This document shows, one piece after another, positions 37,119 through 47,832 of a stretch of DNA of 64,000 nt (the first letter of the stretch is position 1; each line of letters begins with the position of its first letter). Under the pieces are notes generated by a model. The model was given only the letters and a program-made list of their open reading frames with translations. It did not search any database and was not told the origin of the DNA. Location: positions 1,052-65,051 of the IMG/VR virus record IMGVR_UViG_3300010350_000237; one strand, 5' to 3'. A program made the position numbers and the translations under genes. The stretch comes from a virus.

Positions 37119-37879
37119 ATTTACAAATAACTGATTATTACCGGGTTCTTCGCGACGCTGTCCGATATTACCCAGTTGCGAATCCGGTTCGACCCTGTTC
37201 GCAACTCCAGACCTTTCGTCTTTTACAGCGTGACCCGCGACAGAATTCGGAAGTCGGAACCGATACCCTGGGCGTAATTCCTACCGATAAGAATACGCCG
37301 TTCTTTTATTCCCGTTCCTGGGAACTGTCGAAATTCGACGCGAATCAAATACGGTACCAGTACCCAGTTTTGACAGCGTTCGAAATCGCGAACGACGCGG
37401 ACGGCGCGATCTTCCAGGGGAATATCAGTCGAACGTATTTACTGGAGCTTTCTGTTTTAGATACATTCCTGGGCGATAAAGCGAAAGACGCGCCCCAGTC
37501 CTGCGCCGGTCGTCCTATAAACCAAATTTATTTAGATACTGAACAGTTACTGGATTCGGTTCTTAAATACCTGGGCGGAATTGTAACAGCGACGACAGAC
37601 GTCGACCCTGTCGAAAAGATTTACTTCCTTCCTTTTCTGGGGTATGCAAAGGCCCAGGCCCAGATCGCCAGTTATTCGGTAAAGACTTACCCAGGTACGG
37701 TTCTTGCGGGCGATAATAAGGCCCTTCGTTTTATACGGGTCGAATACCCGGCGAAAAACATTTACGGGACGAAGGTTCAGATAAAAATTAAGGTTCAAAA
37801 TTGCCCGACTGTCGACTTCGCGAACGACGCCCTTTCCCTGGGTTCGATCGGATTCGAAAGCGGGTGCAAAAACTGTTAA
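37115..37879 (+). CDS. Putative tail terminator/completion protein
   Basis: Position; YPVL...TYLLELSVLD...DTEQLL. Confidence 0.45.
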   Translation: MNLQITDYYRVLRDAVRYYPVANPVRPCSQLQTFRLLQRDPRQNSEVGTDTLGVIPTDKNTPFFYSRSWELSKFDANQIRYQYPVLTAFEIANDADGAIFQGNISRTYLLELSVLDTFLGDKAKDAPQSCAGRPINQIYLDTEQLLDSVLKYLGGIVTATTDVDPVEKIYFLPFLGYAKAQAQIASYSVKTYPGTVLAGDNKALRFIRVEYPAKNIYGTKVQIKIKVQNCPTVDFANDALSLGSIGFESGCKNC

Positions 37880-37880
37880 G

Positions 37881-38075
37881 ATGCCGAATAAAAAGTCGAA
37901 TAAAAACCCGAATAAAAACCCGGACGGAATCGTCGCGATTTTTACGATTGACCCTTCCGATATTCGAAACGTCGTCGTTAAAGACGGGGTTATCGTAAAG
38001 TTAAAAATGAAGCGACGCGGCACTTATCAGGGAAAATATTATTCACGTCCAATTTTAAAAGATTCTTTAGAATGA
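37881..38075 (+). CDS. Small basic protein
   Basis: NKKSNKNPNKNP repeat. Confidence 0.55.
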   Translation: MPNKKSNKNPNKNPDGIVAIFTIDPSDIRNVVVKDGVIVKLKMKRRGTYQGKYYSRPILKDSLE

Positions 38076-39016
38076 AAAACTTTACCTGGCGGTTTCTTCG
38101 GTTTCCGTCTTTCTGGCTTTACCTGGCGCTGGCTGGCGCTGTTTTTACATTTTCCCTTTGTACTGACACCGGACAGAACGCGATCGACAGCCCTGGAGTA
38201 AGCCAGACGGTCGTCGATACCTTCCAGAACTGGAGCTGTTTAACGATCGACGAACCGTCCGATCTTCGTCGCGCTGTCGGCGCGAAGGGTAAATTCTGGC
38301 CGACCGGTTATGTTTTTAAGATCGGGTTTGTCGGCCCGACGACGGTCGAACTTATCAGTCAAACGAAGAAGTACGCCCAGGACTGGACGAATTACGCGAA
38401 CGTCGAATTCACTTACCCAGCGTCGGGGCCTTACGATATCCGAATTTCGTTTTATCCGTCGTCTGGCGCCTGGTCTTATGTCGGTACGGACTGTAAATCG
38501 ATCGCCCAAAGTAAGGCGACGATGAACCTGGGCTGGATGGGACGCGACGTCGTCCAGCATGAATTCGGTCACGCGCTGGGCCTTTACCACGAACACCAAA
38601 ACCCGGAAGGGGGTATTTGCTGGAATGAAGCCCAGGTTATCCGGGACTTATCCGGCCCGCCGAACAACTGGTCGACGTCGACGATTCGATCGAATGTCTT
38701 AAACAAGTTTTCGCCCGCCGCAGTAATAACGACAGCTTTCGATCGGTCTTCGGTTATGTGTTATCCGATACCGTCGTCCTGGACTTGTAATAACGTCGCG
38801 ATTCCTGGCGGGAAACAGATATCGACATTCGACGCCGACTTTATCGCGATCAGGTACCCAGGAAAGCAGGTCGAACAGGATTCGACGTTAAAAATATCGT
38901 CCGAACAAGTCGACCAGATAATTCGCTTACTGGAGGCCCGACGGGTCGAATCCGATACCTTTAACGCCAGACTTTTAAGGTCTGAACAAATTGTTCGGGG
39001 AATCCTGCAGAAATGA
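38072..39016 (+). CDS. Metzincin (astacin/M12A-like) zinc metalloprotease with N-terminal hydrophobic signal
   Basis: HEFGHALGLYHEH and Met-turn SVMCY. Confidence 0.9.
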   Translation: MKNFTWRFLRFPSFWLYLALAGAVFTFSLCTDTGQNAIDSPGVSQTVVDTFQNWSCLTIDEPSDLRRAVGAKGKFWPTGYVFKIGFVGPTTVELISQTKKYAQDWTNYANVEFTYPASGPYDIRISFYPSSGAWSYVGTDCKSIAQSKATMNLGWMGRDVVQHEFGHALGLYHEHQNPEGGICWNEAQVIRDLSGPPNNWSTSTIRSNVLNKFSPAAVITTAFDRSSVMCYPIPSSWTCNNVAIPGGKQISTFDADFIAIRYPGKQVEQDSTLKISSEQVDQIIRLLEARRVESDTFNARLLRSEQIVRGILQK

Positions 39017-39546
39017 ATTTAAAGGAAGTCGTTACGGATATTATGTCCGAATTTCGGACAGCGTTACGGTCTGAACTGGGTCGTCAGGGCCACGTTTTGA
39101 CCGGTAAACTGTCCGATTCGATCGACTTCGAAGTTTCCGCCGATGGTACTTCCGTCGTCGGTCGAATGTATTTTGAAGATTACGGTATTTACGTCGAAAC
39201 CGGCGTTACTGCCGACCGGATTCCCTTCGGCGGTCGTTCTGGTAAAGGAGGAACGTCGCAATATATCCAGGGCTTAATTACTTTCTGGGAAGATCGCGGC
39301 CTTTCGGGGCGGGAAGCGATCGGGGCCGCGTTCGCGACAGCGAATAAACACGCCCGGGAAGGTATGCCGACCCGTTCCAGTTTAAGGTTTTCACAGACTG
39401 GAGAACGAACCGGATTCGTCCGCACCGTTCTGGAGGAACAAAGTAAACCGATCGCCGATAAGCTTTTCGAAAAGTACGGCGACCTGTTCGTCCTGGATAT
39501 ACAAAGCGCACTTTCTGAATACGATAATATAAAATTCGCGGCGTGA
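39013..39546 (+). CDS. Neck/tail completion protein (HK97 gp10-like)
   Basis: TGKLSDSI..EV...YGIYVETG. Confidence 0.6.
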   Translation: MNLKEVVTDIMSEFRTALRSELGRQGHVLTGKLSDSIDFEVSADGTSVVGRMYFEDYGIYVETGVTADRIPFGGRSGKGGTSQYIQGLITFWEDRGLSGREAIGAAFATANKHAREGMPTRSSLRFSQTGERTGFVRTVLEEQSKPIADKLFEKYGDLFVLDIQSALSEYDNIKFAA

Positions 39547-42500
39547 AACTTTTATTCGAACTTGTCGTCCAGGACGCAAACGTCGGGGCAAAATTAGCGG
39601 TTCTCCGATCTGAACTTCGGGAAATAAACACCGAATTACGAAAGGTCGACCAGGATTCGAAGGCGTTCGAATCACTATCGGAAGAAGCGGCGGCGACGCG
39701 AATCGAAATCGACAAGCTTACCGAACAACAAAAAGCGTTAAACAAGGAATTCAAGGCTGCCCAGGTTCCGGCCGATTCCCTGGCTGGTCTTCGTCTGGAG
39801 TATTCGAAACTTGTCGTCGAAATATCCAAATTATCGAAAGCGGAACGGGAATCCGACGTCGGCAAAACCCTGATAAAAAACGCTGCCGGGCTGAAAGAAG
39901 AAATTTCAGCCATGGAACAGGAAGTCGGGAATTTTACCGGGTCTGTCGGGAATTATAAGAATTCGATCGTATCAGCGGCCGACGCGCTGGGAAGTTTCGG
40001 GGGAACCCTGGGCGAACAGGCCGGAATCCTTAACACGGCGATAAACCTTTTCGAACAGGGTAAAACGTCGCTTGGTAATTTCGGTAACGCTGCCCGGGAA
40101 GGGTTCCAGTCATTTAAGGACGGGGTCGCGTCGTTCAAAGATTACCTTACCGCGTCGAAGGATTTAAAGAAAGCGAACGAAGACGTCGCGGAATCAGGAA
40201 TCGAAGCCGCGACAGCGACCGAAGCGACCGGGAAAGCCGGACAGGTAGCGGGCGAAGGAATGAAGGCTGGAGCGAAGGGCGCCCAGTTATTCAGCGCGGC
40301 GGGTACTGTCCTTAAAGCGGTACTGGCTGCACTGGGTATCGGACTTATTATCGCGGCGATCGTCGGACTGATCGCGGTCTTCCAAAGGTTCGCCCCGATC
40401 GTCGGCTTCGTCGAACAGGCTGTCGCCGGGCTTTCGGCTGTTTTCGACGTTCTGGTAAGTCGCGTCGCCCAGGTCGTCGCGGTTTTCGGGCGTTTGTTTA
40501 GCGGGGAAATAGGTCTGTCCGAAGCGTTCGACGAAGTCGGCGAAGCTGTCGACGGTATGGGTTCCCAAATGATCGAAGCAGCGAAGAACGCGGCCCAGTT
40601 AAAAAAGGAAATGCAAGAACTGGAATACGCCCAGAAAGACTTTACCCTTACGACAGCACGCGCCGAAGTCGCTGTTCAAAAGTTATCTGTCGCGCTCAAA
40701 GACAGAACCAGGTCGGATTCTGAACGTCTTAAAATAGCGGCACAAATAACGAAGATCGAAACCGAAAACCTGGCAGAACGAACCGCCTTAATCGATAAGG
40801 AACTGGATATCGAACGTCGTAAATTACTTCTTACCGGACAGATTACCGAAGAACAGGCGAACCAGATCGCCCAGGGTAACTTCGATCTGGCCCGACAACT
40901 GGAAGACGAATACAAACTTACGGCAGACCAGGCCGATCGGATTCGCGAATTACTGGTCGAACGGGTTCGGGCCGAAGGCGATTCGGCGACATTATTGGAA
41001 CGGGTACAAAACCGGAAAAACGAAATTTACGACGAAGCGGGTCGTCGGAGGGAAGCAGCCGAACAGAAAGCGCAAGCGGCAGCCGAAAAGGAAGCCCGCG
41101 CCCTGGAAGCCCAGATCGGACGGATTCGCGAATTACAAAAGTCGATTCGCGAACTGGACGCGTCGACCCTTACCAGCGACTTCGACCGGAAGGAAACCGA
41201 ACTGGAAAACAAACGTCTGGACGCTTTGGATAAAGTCGCGAAGGCCCGCGAAACCCTCCAGAAAAAGATCGCCGACCAGGGGGGCGTCGCGACAACTGCC
41301 GACGCCGAAGAACTTCGTCTTATCGAAGAACAAACGGCGTCAATAATCGCGGCTTACGATATACAGATTCGCGAAGTTCGCGATCAAAGACAGACAGCGA
41401 TCGAAGAACAAAAACGGGAACTGGAAGACTTATTCCAGGAAGTTAAACTTTTGGCAGATCGTAACGCCCAGGCCCTTGCCCAGACCGAAGTCGAAATCGC
41501 GAATACCGACTTTACCAGACAACAGACCGAACTTACCCAGGTACTGAAAGACCGGAAACTGGAGCTTACGAAACAACTGGAAGAAGGGGTTATTTCCCAG
41601 CGACAGTTCGACGAAGCGTTTACGACAGAACAGGAATCCTTTAACGTTCGTACTTTGACGCTGGAGCGTGAACGGGCCGAAAAGGTAACAGCGATCGCCG
41701 AAGAACTGGCCCAGACCAGAATCGAAGTCGCGAAGTCTGAACTTAACGCCCGTATCGCGACGATCGAAGAAACGACCAGACAGGAAATCGAAGCGGCAAG
41801 GGAGCAAGCCCAGCAAACCGGCGAAGACCCGTCGGTTCGTATCGCTGAACTTAGGAAGAAGGCGATCGAAGAACGAAAAGCCGCTGAACTTGAATACCAG
41901 GACGCGGTAAGACAGACGGTCGACCAGACCGAACAAATCCAGATCGACGCGCTTAATCGCGTAAACGACGCCGACCAGAAAGTCCACGAAGACAAACTGG
42001 CCCGACTGAAAGAAGAAGAAGAACTTCGGAAGGAAATCGGCGAAGCGGCTCTGGAGGCTGCCGGAACGATCGCTGGCGCTATTTTCGAAATTCAGCGAAA
42101 CAGTATCGACCGGGAACGGGACGAACAAATTCAGGCGCTGGACGAAGAAACGGAACGGAAAAGGGAGAAAGCGGCCGGCGACGCTGACGAACTGGCGAAG
42201 ATCGACGCGGCATACCAGAAACGGAAGGAGGCGATCGAACTGGACGCGGCGAAAAAGAAGAAGCGAATCGCGATCGTCGAAGCGGTTATTAACACGGCTT
42301 TGGCTATTACGAAGGCGCTTACGGGCGCGATTCCGCCCCTGTCGTTTGTACTTGCCGCGCTTGCCGCTGTCGCTGGCGCTGCCCAGATCGCGGTTATCAA
42401 TAGTCAGAAATTCGCCCAGGGGGGCGCGCTTCGTCTTCGTTCTGGAGTATTTGGCGGACGTCCGCACAGTCAGGGAGGAACGAAAGGGGTCTTCGACGAT

Positions 42501-42851
42501 GGCACCCAGGTCGAAGTCGAAGAAGACGAAATTTTTGTTATCCTGAACAAAAGAGCATCGAAGAAAATCCGACAGTTATCCGAATTCAATTACTTACACG
42601 GCGGACGGAAGTTCGAATCGGGCGGAACGCTGGACTTTACGCCCCAGGTCGGAGCCCCAGGCGAAGCGGGCGGCACAGTTTTGGCGATTACGACCGAAGC
42701 GTCGTTTACCGACGACCAGGTCGACGCGTTCGCGACAGCTGTCGCCGATAAGACTTCGGCGAAAACAGGTTCGGCGGTCGTCGCCGGTCTGGACGACAGA
42801 AACAGAACGGCCGAAAGGGAAGCGGCCCTGGAAACTTCCCGCGAAGTATGA
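39543..42851 (+). CDS. Tape measure protein
   Basis: 1102 aa, long coiled coils, hydrophobic patches, SVGNY and FAQGG motifs. Confidence 0.9.
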   Translation: MKLLFELVVQDANVGAKLAVLRSELREINTELRKVDQDSKAFESLSEEAAATRIEIDKLTEQQKALNKEFKAAQVPADSLAGLRLEYSKLVVEISKLSKAERESDVGKTLIKNAAGLKEEISAMEQEVGNFTGSVGNYKNSIVSAADALGSFGGTLGEQAGILNTAINLFEQGKTSLGNFGNAAREGFQSFKDGVASFKDYLTASKDLKKANEDVAESGIEAATATEATGKAGQVAGEGMKAGAKGAQLFSAAGTVLKAVLAALGIGLIIAAIVGLIAVFQRFAPIVGFVEQAVAGLSAVFDVLVSRVAQVVAVFGRLFSGEIGLSEAFDEVGEAVDGMGSQMIEAAKNAAQLKKEMQELEYAQKDFTLTTARAEVAVQKLSVALKDRTRSDSERLKIAAQITKIETENLAERTALIDKELDIERRKLLLTGQITEEQANQIAQGNFDLARQLEDEYKLTADQADRIRELLVERVRAEGDSATLLERVQNRKNEIYDEAGRRREAAEQKAQAAAEKEARALEAQIGRIRELQKSIRELDASTLTSDFDRKETELENKRLDALDKVAKARETLQKKIADQGGVATTADAEELRLIEEQTASIIAAYDIQIREVRDQRQTAIEEQKRELEDLFQEVKLLADRNAQALAQTEVEIANTDFTRQQTELTQVLKDRKLELTKQLEEGVISQRQFDEAFTTEQESFNVRTLTLERERAEKVTAIAEELAQTRIEVAKSELNARIATIEETTRQEIEAAREQAQQTGEDPSVRIAELRKKAIEERKAAELEYQDAVRQTVDQTEQIQIDALNRVNDADQKVHEDKLARLKEEEELRKEIGEAALEAAGTIAGAIFEIQRNSIDRERDEQIQALDEETERKREKAAGDADELAKIDAAYQKRKEAIELDAAKKKKRIAIVEAVINTALAITKALTGAIPPLSFVLAALAAVAGAAQIAVINSQKFAQGGALRLRSGVFGGRPHSQGGTKGVFDDGTQVEVEEDEIFVILNKRASKKIRQLSEFNYLHGGRKFESGGTLDFTPQVGAPGEAGGTVLAITTEASFTDDQVDAFATAVADKTSAKTGSAVVAGLDDRNRTAEREAALETSREV

Positions 42852-43072
42852 TAAAAAGAAGATTCGCGCAAAAACCGATCGACGCGCTTTTAAGGACGAT
42901 CGAAAAACTTAACGAAGTAAAGACCGGTAAACCGGCGTTCGCGAAGGCCCAGCCGGTCTTCGTACTGGGTATCGGTTACACGAAGGACGAAGACGAATAC
43001 GGGGTAACCGAATCGTATTTACTTCCCTTTACTTTGGTTCAAATTTACACGCCGAAAAGTTCGACAGAATGA
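42848..43072 (+). CDS. Hypothetical protein
   Basis: ATGA-coupled. Confidence 0.6.
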   Translation: MIKRRFAQKPIDALLRTIEKLNEVKTGKPAFAKAQPVFVLGIGYTKDEDEYGVTESYLLPFTLVQIYTPKSSTE

Positions 43073-44784
43073 TAACTTTAACAGAACAGCCCGACGGAAT
43101 GGTCGATCTTTTGGACGATCAAAAACCGCCGGTTCCTTTGTCCGATTGTGTTCGGTATTGTCTCCAGCCTGACGTCGCCGACGCGATCAGTACGCCCGGG
43201 GCGTTCGCGACCGTCGTCTTTGTCTTCCCGACGACGTGTACGGTACCCAGCGACGGGACGACGTTCAAAATTTGGGGTTACGATTTTACGATCGATTCGT
43301 CTTCGGACTTTTCGTCGTCGTCGTTTAAGGTCGATACGATCGGCCTTCTTACGATTTTGAACTTTTCGAATATGATTTACGCGAATATTTTCTTTAATCG
43401 GGCGGTAACGATCAGTTTCCAGGTCGTCGGTTCTGATTACGAAATAACGCTTACCTGGAACGAATGTCGCGAACAGCCCAGGTTCAGTTCGGAAGATATG
43501 GTTCTGGACGTCTTTACGACGATCGGAGGTTCCGCCACGCCTACGAACGGAACGTCGCCGGTTTACGTTGACGGGTTTCGAATTATAACCAGGGGTTACG
43601 TTCTGAAAGACGCGACGTATTCGGGTTCGGCCCTGGGGCCTTTCGTCGGTCTGGAATCCGAAAAACAATGCACGACAGTCGGCGAAACCTGCGTCGTTAT
43701 GAACGACGATTATTCGGAAGAACTTTATACACCCCTTCCCGATCTTACTTCGACGGCGTTTATCGATACGATTACCCTGGGCCGTTCAATGATGAAGCTT
43801 TTCGTTTTAGAATATGGCTGGACGTATCGCGAAAATTGTATCGCGAAAAGCGGTACGATCGTTCGTTCTAAAATGGGCCTTATATTAAACGCCGCTTTCC
43901 CTATCGAAGACCCGTTCCAGATACGTCGTTACTGGTACGGCCACCCCGACGGATTCCCGAACGGACTTACTTACGCCGAATTTTTAACGTACCAGCCGAA
44001 GGAAACGAAAGTTCGAACGGATTCCTTCGTCTGGCTCTGGATGCTGAACAGCTGGCAGGAAGATTTTGGGCAATATTCGTTAAAGGCCCGATTCGTTACT
44101 TATAACCTGGACGGAACGGTCGGGACGATTTATAACTTTATCGTTAACGACGGGGTATCGGACGCACATTCCTGGCACCAGCCTGTTAATTTCAACGTAT
44201 CGCCGTCCTTCCTGGTCGACCAGTTCGCGGTCGATCTTACGACGATTTTAAAGTACGAAGTTCAGGTCGTCGGGGTTAATACCGCAGACCCAAACGACAT
44301 TTACTTTAATGCGACCGAATATATCGGGTTCGTTCCTGTTATGGCTTGCGAATCACATACCGACCTTTACTTCCTTAATTCTCCCGGCGGTATCGATACC
44401 TTCGACGTTCAGATCGATAAGATCGAAGTCGTCCAGGACGGGAACGAAGTACAAATCGGAATACCTTGCGGAACTGATCGCTCCGATCGGGCGAAGTACG
44501 GCGGTCGAACCCTGGTAAGTCTTCGGAGTTATACAAAATACACGCTTTCGGCGGAACTCCAGCGAACAGACGCGAACCGTCGCTGGCTTACCGATCTTCG
44601 GAAGTCTCCGCAAAGGTGGATAAAGGTTACCGACGACGACGGTCAGCCACTGGCAAAAAAAATCATCATTTCACCCGGCGCGATAAAGGTTAACGAAGTC
44701 GGCGTCGGAATTAAAATCGAATTGGAAGCTTATTCGCAGGACATACCGGCGCAATCCAGTTCCGAAAAACGTTTACAGGCATGA
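43069..44784 (+). CDS. Distal tail/baseplate protein
   Basis: Follows the tape measure; MITLTEQP, LYFLNSPGGIDTF. Confidence 0.6.
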   Translation: MITLTEQPDGMVDLLDDQKPPVPLSDCVRYCLQPDVADAISTPGAFATVVFVFPTTCTVPSDGTTFKIWGYDFTIDSSSDFSSSSFKVDTIGLLTILNFSNMIYANIFFNRAVTISFQVVGSDYEITLTWNECREQPRFSSEDMVLDVFTTIGGSATPTNGTSPVYVDGFRIITRGYVLKDATYSGSALGPFVGLESEKQCTTVGETCVVMNDDYSEELYTPLPDLTSTAFIDTITLGRSMMKLFVLEYGWTYRENCIAKSGTIVRSKMGLILNAAFPIEDPFQIRRYWYGHPDGFPNGLTYAEFLTYQPKETKVRTDSFVWLWMLNSWQEDFGQYSLKARFVTYNLDGTVGTIYNFIVNDGVSDAHSWHQPVNFNVSPSFLVDQFAVDLTTILKYEVQVVGVNTADPNDIYFNATEYIGFVPVMACESHTDLYFLNSPGGIDTFDVQIDKIEVVQDGNEVQIGIPCGTDRSDRAKYGGRTLVSLRSYTKYTLSAELQRTDANRRWLTDLRKSPQRWIKVTDDDGQPLAKKIIISPGAIKVNEVGVGIKIELEAYSQDIPAQSSSEKRLQA

Positions 44785-45134
44785 AAAAACAAATCCTTTA
44801 CCTGGTATTTTTCGCCGGGCTTTTAACGCTTGGCTGTCACAAACAACCGAAGCCGTCTTTCCTGGGAAAATGGGAAACGGTAACGACTGTCGGTTTTAAA
44901 TGGGAATACGATATTTCGTCGAATACGAACTGTCGAAAACTTCCTGAATATTTCGGGGAAACCCTTTTCTGTTATCCTTACGATATCGGCGACGATAATA
45001 CGTTCGTCGTACACACTCCAGAACCGGAAGTCTGGGAATTTAATTTCGTTGACGACTGCGGCGACGTGGCCGACGTATGGGTAACACTTCCCGACGGGGA
45101 AAAGCAACAGTTTATTTTAAAGCGTATTGAATGA
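44781..45134 (+). CDS. Lipoprotein (lipocalin-like)
   Basis: MKKQILYLVFFAGLLTLG|C; FLGKWE. Confidence 0.75.
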   Translation: MKKQILYLVFFAGLLTLGCHKQPKPSFLGKWETVTTVGFKWEYDISSNTNCRKLPEYFGETLFCYPYDIGDDNTFVVHTPEPEVWEFNFVDDCGDVADVWVTLPDGEKQQFILKRIE

Positions 45135-47821
45135 ACGCCGATAATATCGAAATTCAGGTTACCAATTTACCGCCGGAGGTTTCGGCGCGTTTTGAAGGAA
45201 AGACGACGGTCGATTTAGACCTTCCTGTCGACTTTTCGCTTCGTCTATCGAAGGACGTTTTATCGCTGTCTGTCCTGGGAAAGATAAAGGTCGAAGGAAT
45301 CCTGGGCTTCGGTCTTCCTTATACCGATACGAATAACATTGTATTCGGAGCGTACAAAACGCCGCTTACCCTGGATAACAGAACGGTATTTTATACCGTC
45401 CAGGTAAAAGTCGACGGTCACGGCCTCCAGTTCGATCGCCTCCAGATAAAAGGTCGGGACGACAAAAAATCCGAATGGGAAGTCGAACTTTCCCGTCGGC
45501 CCGATCACTGGGTCGAACTGTCGTCCCAGTTAAAGACGAACGAACTGGACTTCGGGTCGTTCACAATGTCAAAGACGGCGATAATCGGAAACTGGACGAC
45601 GCCCGCTTACGAAGGCGATTACACCGACCCGAATACCGGACAAAGGCCCTATTACTGGCCCCTGGTCGATTATGGGGGCTGGGTCGATCTGTCGGAGGCG
45701 CCCCAGGGTTCGATCGGACGATTTAAGGCGGTCGCGGTCGAAGACTTCCGACCCTGGCTTTCTTGGATTTATATTCTTCGCGCTGGGTTCTGTCGAATCG
45801 GTTGGAACTTGGAATCGGTACTGTTCGACCTGGACGACATTCGTCGTCTTTGGGTTTACGACCTTCGACCGGATTACTTTATCGCTTCAAATCGCGGCGG
45901 TCGGGTTATCGGTCGAAATTATACGCAATACGAATGGCTGCCGAATATCGGGGGGGCTGACTTCCTTCGGTTTACCGATCTGGCGTTCGGTCTTACCGGT
46001 ACACATATTACCGTCGCCGGTAAAACTTATTGCGGACTTCGTAACGTAACAGGGGTCGCGCTCAAATATAAATTTTACCTTAAAGGCGACTTTTTTAACG
46101 ATCGTCCGAATCCCTTCCCGGCCTGGTTTTCGATTATGGAACTGGAGCAAAACGGGGCAGATTACGATTTTACGGGCGAACAGATATCGGAAGACGCCTT
46201 TCTGGTACAATTCGACGCAAACGAAACCCAGTCGGTAACATACGAAGAAACGGTTACCCTTAAACCTGGACAGATCGGCGTCGTTCATATCAATGTTTTA
46301 CCGACGTCAGGATTCAAGGTCGAACCGGGTCTTTACTTTACAGTTACTCCGGCGAACGATTCCCTTTTTACCGACGATATCGTAACCGTTTCGGAATGTG
46401 TTTCCGACGATATGTCGATTCTGGACTGGTTAAAAGCGTTTTTGCACCTGGTAAACGGTCGGTTAAATACTGACTGGGAAACGAAGACAGTTACGATTTA
46501 CCCGAATAAAACGTCGAAACTTTGGTCTGGAACAGCCCCTGGATTCCTTCTTCGGGAATCGCCGATCGTTGACCTGGAAGACCTGGTCGTTCCTGGTTCG
46601 ATTCAGACGAAACCAATACGTCCGAACCTTAAAAGATATACGCGGTTTCAGTTCAAAGACACGACGGACGCTTATATCAAAAGCCTTAATTTACTGGAGC
46701 CAGCGCACAGTCGGACGCTATTAAACAGCGTCGACTTTCCGAACGGTATCGAAGAAATAAAGAACCCGTTTATCGAACCGACGCTGGAGGGGGTACCGTC
46801 AGACATAGCAAGCGGGGCCGGAAGTCGAAACCCCTTACCATATTTGCCCCGTCTTTGGGATAATACCGAAGGGAATCGTTCTTTCAACCTGGGAAAAAGG
46901 GTTCTTTACGCATACGACCCAGTTCAACAGATAAACCCGGCGCCGATTACGTCCGCCAGTGTTTATTCGACATTCTTTTTTGATTATCCGCCGAACCCTG
47001 GAGGGGACGGACTTGTCGAAGAATTTGGTTACGCTTCAAACCTTCCGACCCGCGAATTAACTCCGACGCCGACGGTTACGCCGTACTTCGTTTTCGGGTC
47101 GACAGGCGTCGATCTTTTTACCGTCTTTTATCTTGGTTATACGCAGGACAACCGTAACGGGAATACCGTCGATCTTCTTCTTCGTATGAAAACGAAGGAT
47201 TACTTTTCTTACGACTTCCGAAATCTTTACCGGTTCAGACTTCGCGGAATTCCGATCGTCGCGCCGATGCAAGCGGTAAGGGACTTCGCGGCCGGGAATT
47301 CTGATCTTCCGACGCCGGTTACGTTCTTCGTCGAACCGTCGGAAACGGACTGTTGCGATCTTCCTTGCGGTTGTCAGTTTAAAACGTGTGAATATTATCA
47401 GGATTTAGGGTATAACGTTCGACAGTCGACTTTAAATTCCTGGTTAATATCTTCCTTCGTCGTCGATGGTATCGAACAACTTACCGCGCCGGTCGCGTTG
47501 GGACTGATTAAGATAATCGATATCGGGGGGAAACCATACGTTACGAACCTGGTCGACGTGCTGAACGGTATCGGCGCGCCGTATTTTTCTTTTTCGTATT
47601 CGACCAGGGTTCACCCAGAAAAGGGACTTCGGTACTTTAAAATTAAAAATCTGGCTTGCGTTCCGTTTTCGATTACGATTACCGTCGGAGGTTCGGAAGG
47701 TTATATTTATACCCAGGACAGCCAGCAACAGGCAATTTTCCAGGCCGGGTTCGACGATATGGGTTACGGTTCTTCGTTTACCGGCGTTCCTGAAAATTGT
47801 GTTCCGACAACCGAATATTAA
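45131..47821 (+). CDS. Tail tip/hub protein
   Basis: 896 aa; LDL...F.LP.T..N..VF N-terminus; YWPLVDYG. Confidence 0.65.
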   Translation: MNADNIEIQVTNLPPEVSARFEGKTTVDLDLPVDFSLRLSKDVLSLSVLGKIKVEGILGFGLPYTDTNNIVFGAYKTPLTLDNRTVFYTVQVKVDGHGLQFDRLQIKGRDDKKSEWEVELSRRPDHWVELSSQLKTNELDFGSFTMSKTAIIGNWTTPAYEGDYTDPNTGQRPYYWPLVDYGGWVDLSEAPQGSIGRFKAVAVEDFRPWLSWIYILRAGFCRIGWNLESVLFDLDDIRRLWVYDLRPDYFIASNRGGRVIGRNYTQYEWLPNIGGADFLRFTDLAFGLTGTHITVAGKTYCGLRNVTGVALKYKFYLKGDFFNDRPNPFPAWFSIMELEQNGADYDFTGEQISEDAFLVQFDANETQSVTYEETVTLKPGQIGVVHINVLPTSGFKVEPGLYFTVTPANDSLFTDDIVTVSECVSDDMSILDWLKAFLHLVNGRLNTDWETKTVTIYPNKTSKLWSGTAPGFLLRESPIVDLEDLVVPGSIQTKPIRPNLKRYTRFQFKDTTDAYIKSLNLLEPAHSRTLLNSVDFPNGIEEIKNPFIEPTLEGVPSDIASGAGSRNPLPYLPRLWDNTEGNRSFNLGKRVLYAYDPVQQINPAPITSASVYSTFFFDYPPNPGGDGLVEEFGYASNLPTRELTPTPTVTPYFVFGSTGVDLFTVFYLGYTQDNRNGNTVDLLLRMKTKDYFSYDFRNLYRFRLRGIPIVAPMQAVRDFAAGNSDLPTPVTFFVEPSETDCCDLPCGCQFKTCEYYQDLGYNVRQSTLNSWLISSFVVDGIEQLTAPVALGLIKIIDIGGKPYVTNLVDVLNGIGAPYFSFSYSTRVHPEKGLRYFKIKNLACVPFSITITVGGSEGYIYTQDSQQQAIFQAGFDDMGYGSSFTGVPENCVPTTEY

Positions 47822-47832
47822 AACCGTTTACA

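Noticed and set aside
37885-37918. 12-bp triple repeat
   Set aside because: Encodes a trivial NKNP low-complexity stretch
39953-42590. Long minus-strand ORFs inside the tape measure gene
   Set aside because: Shadow ORFs of coiled-coil codon usage
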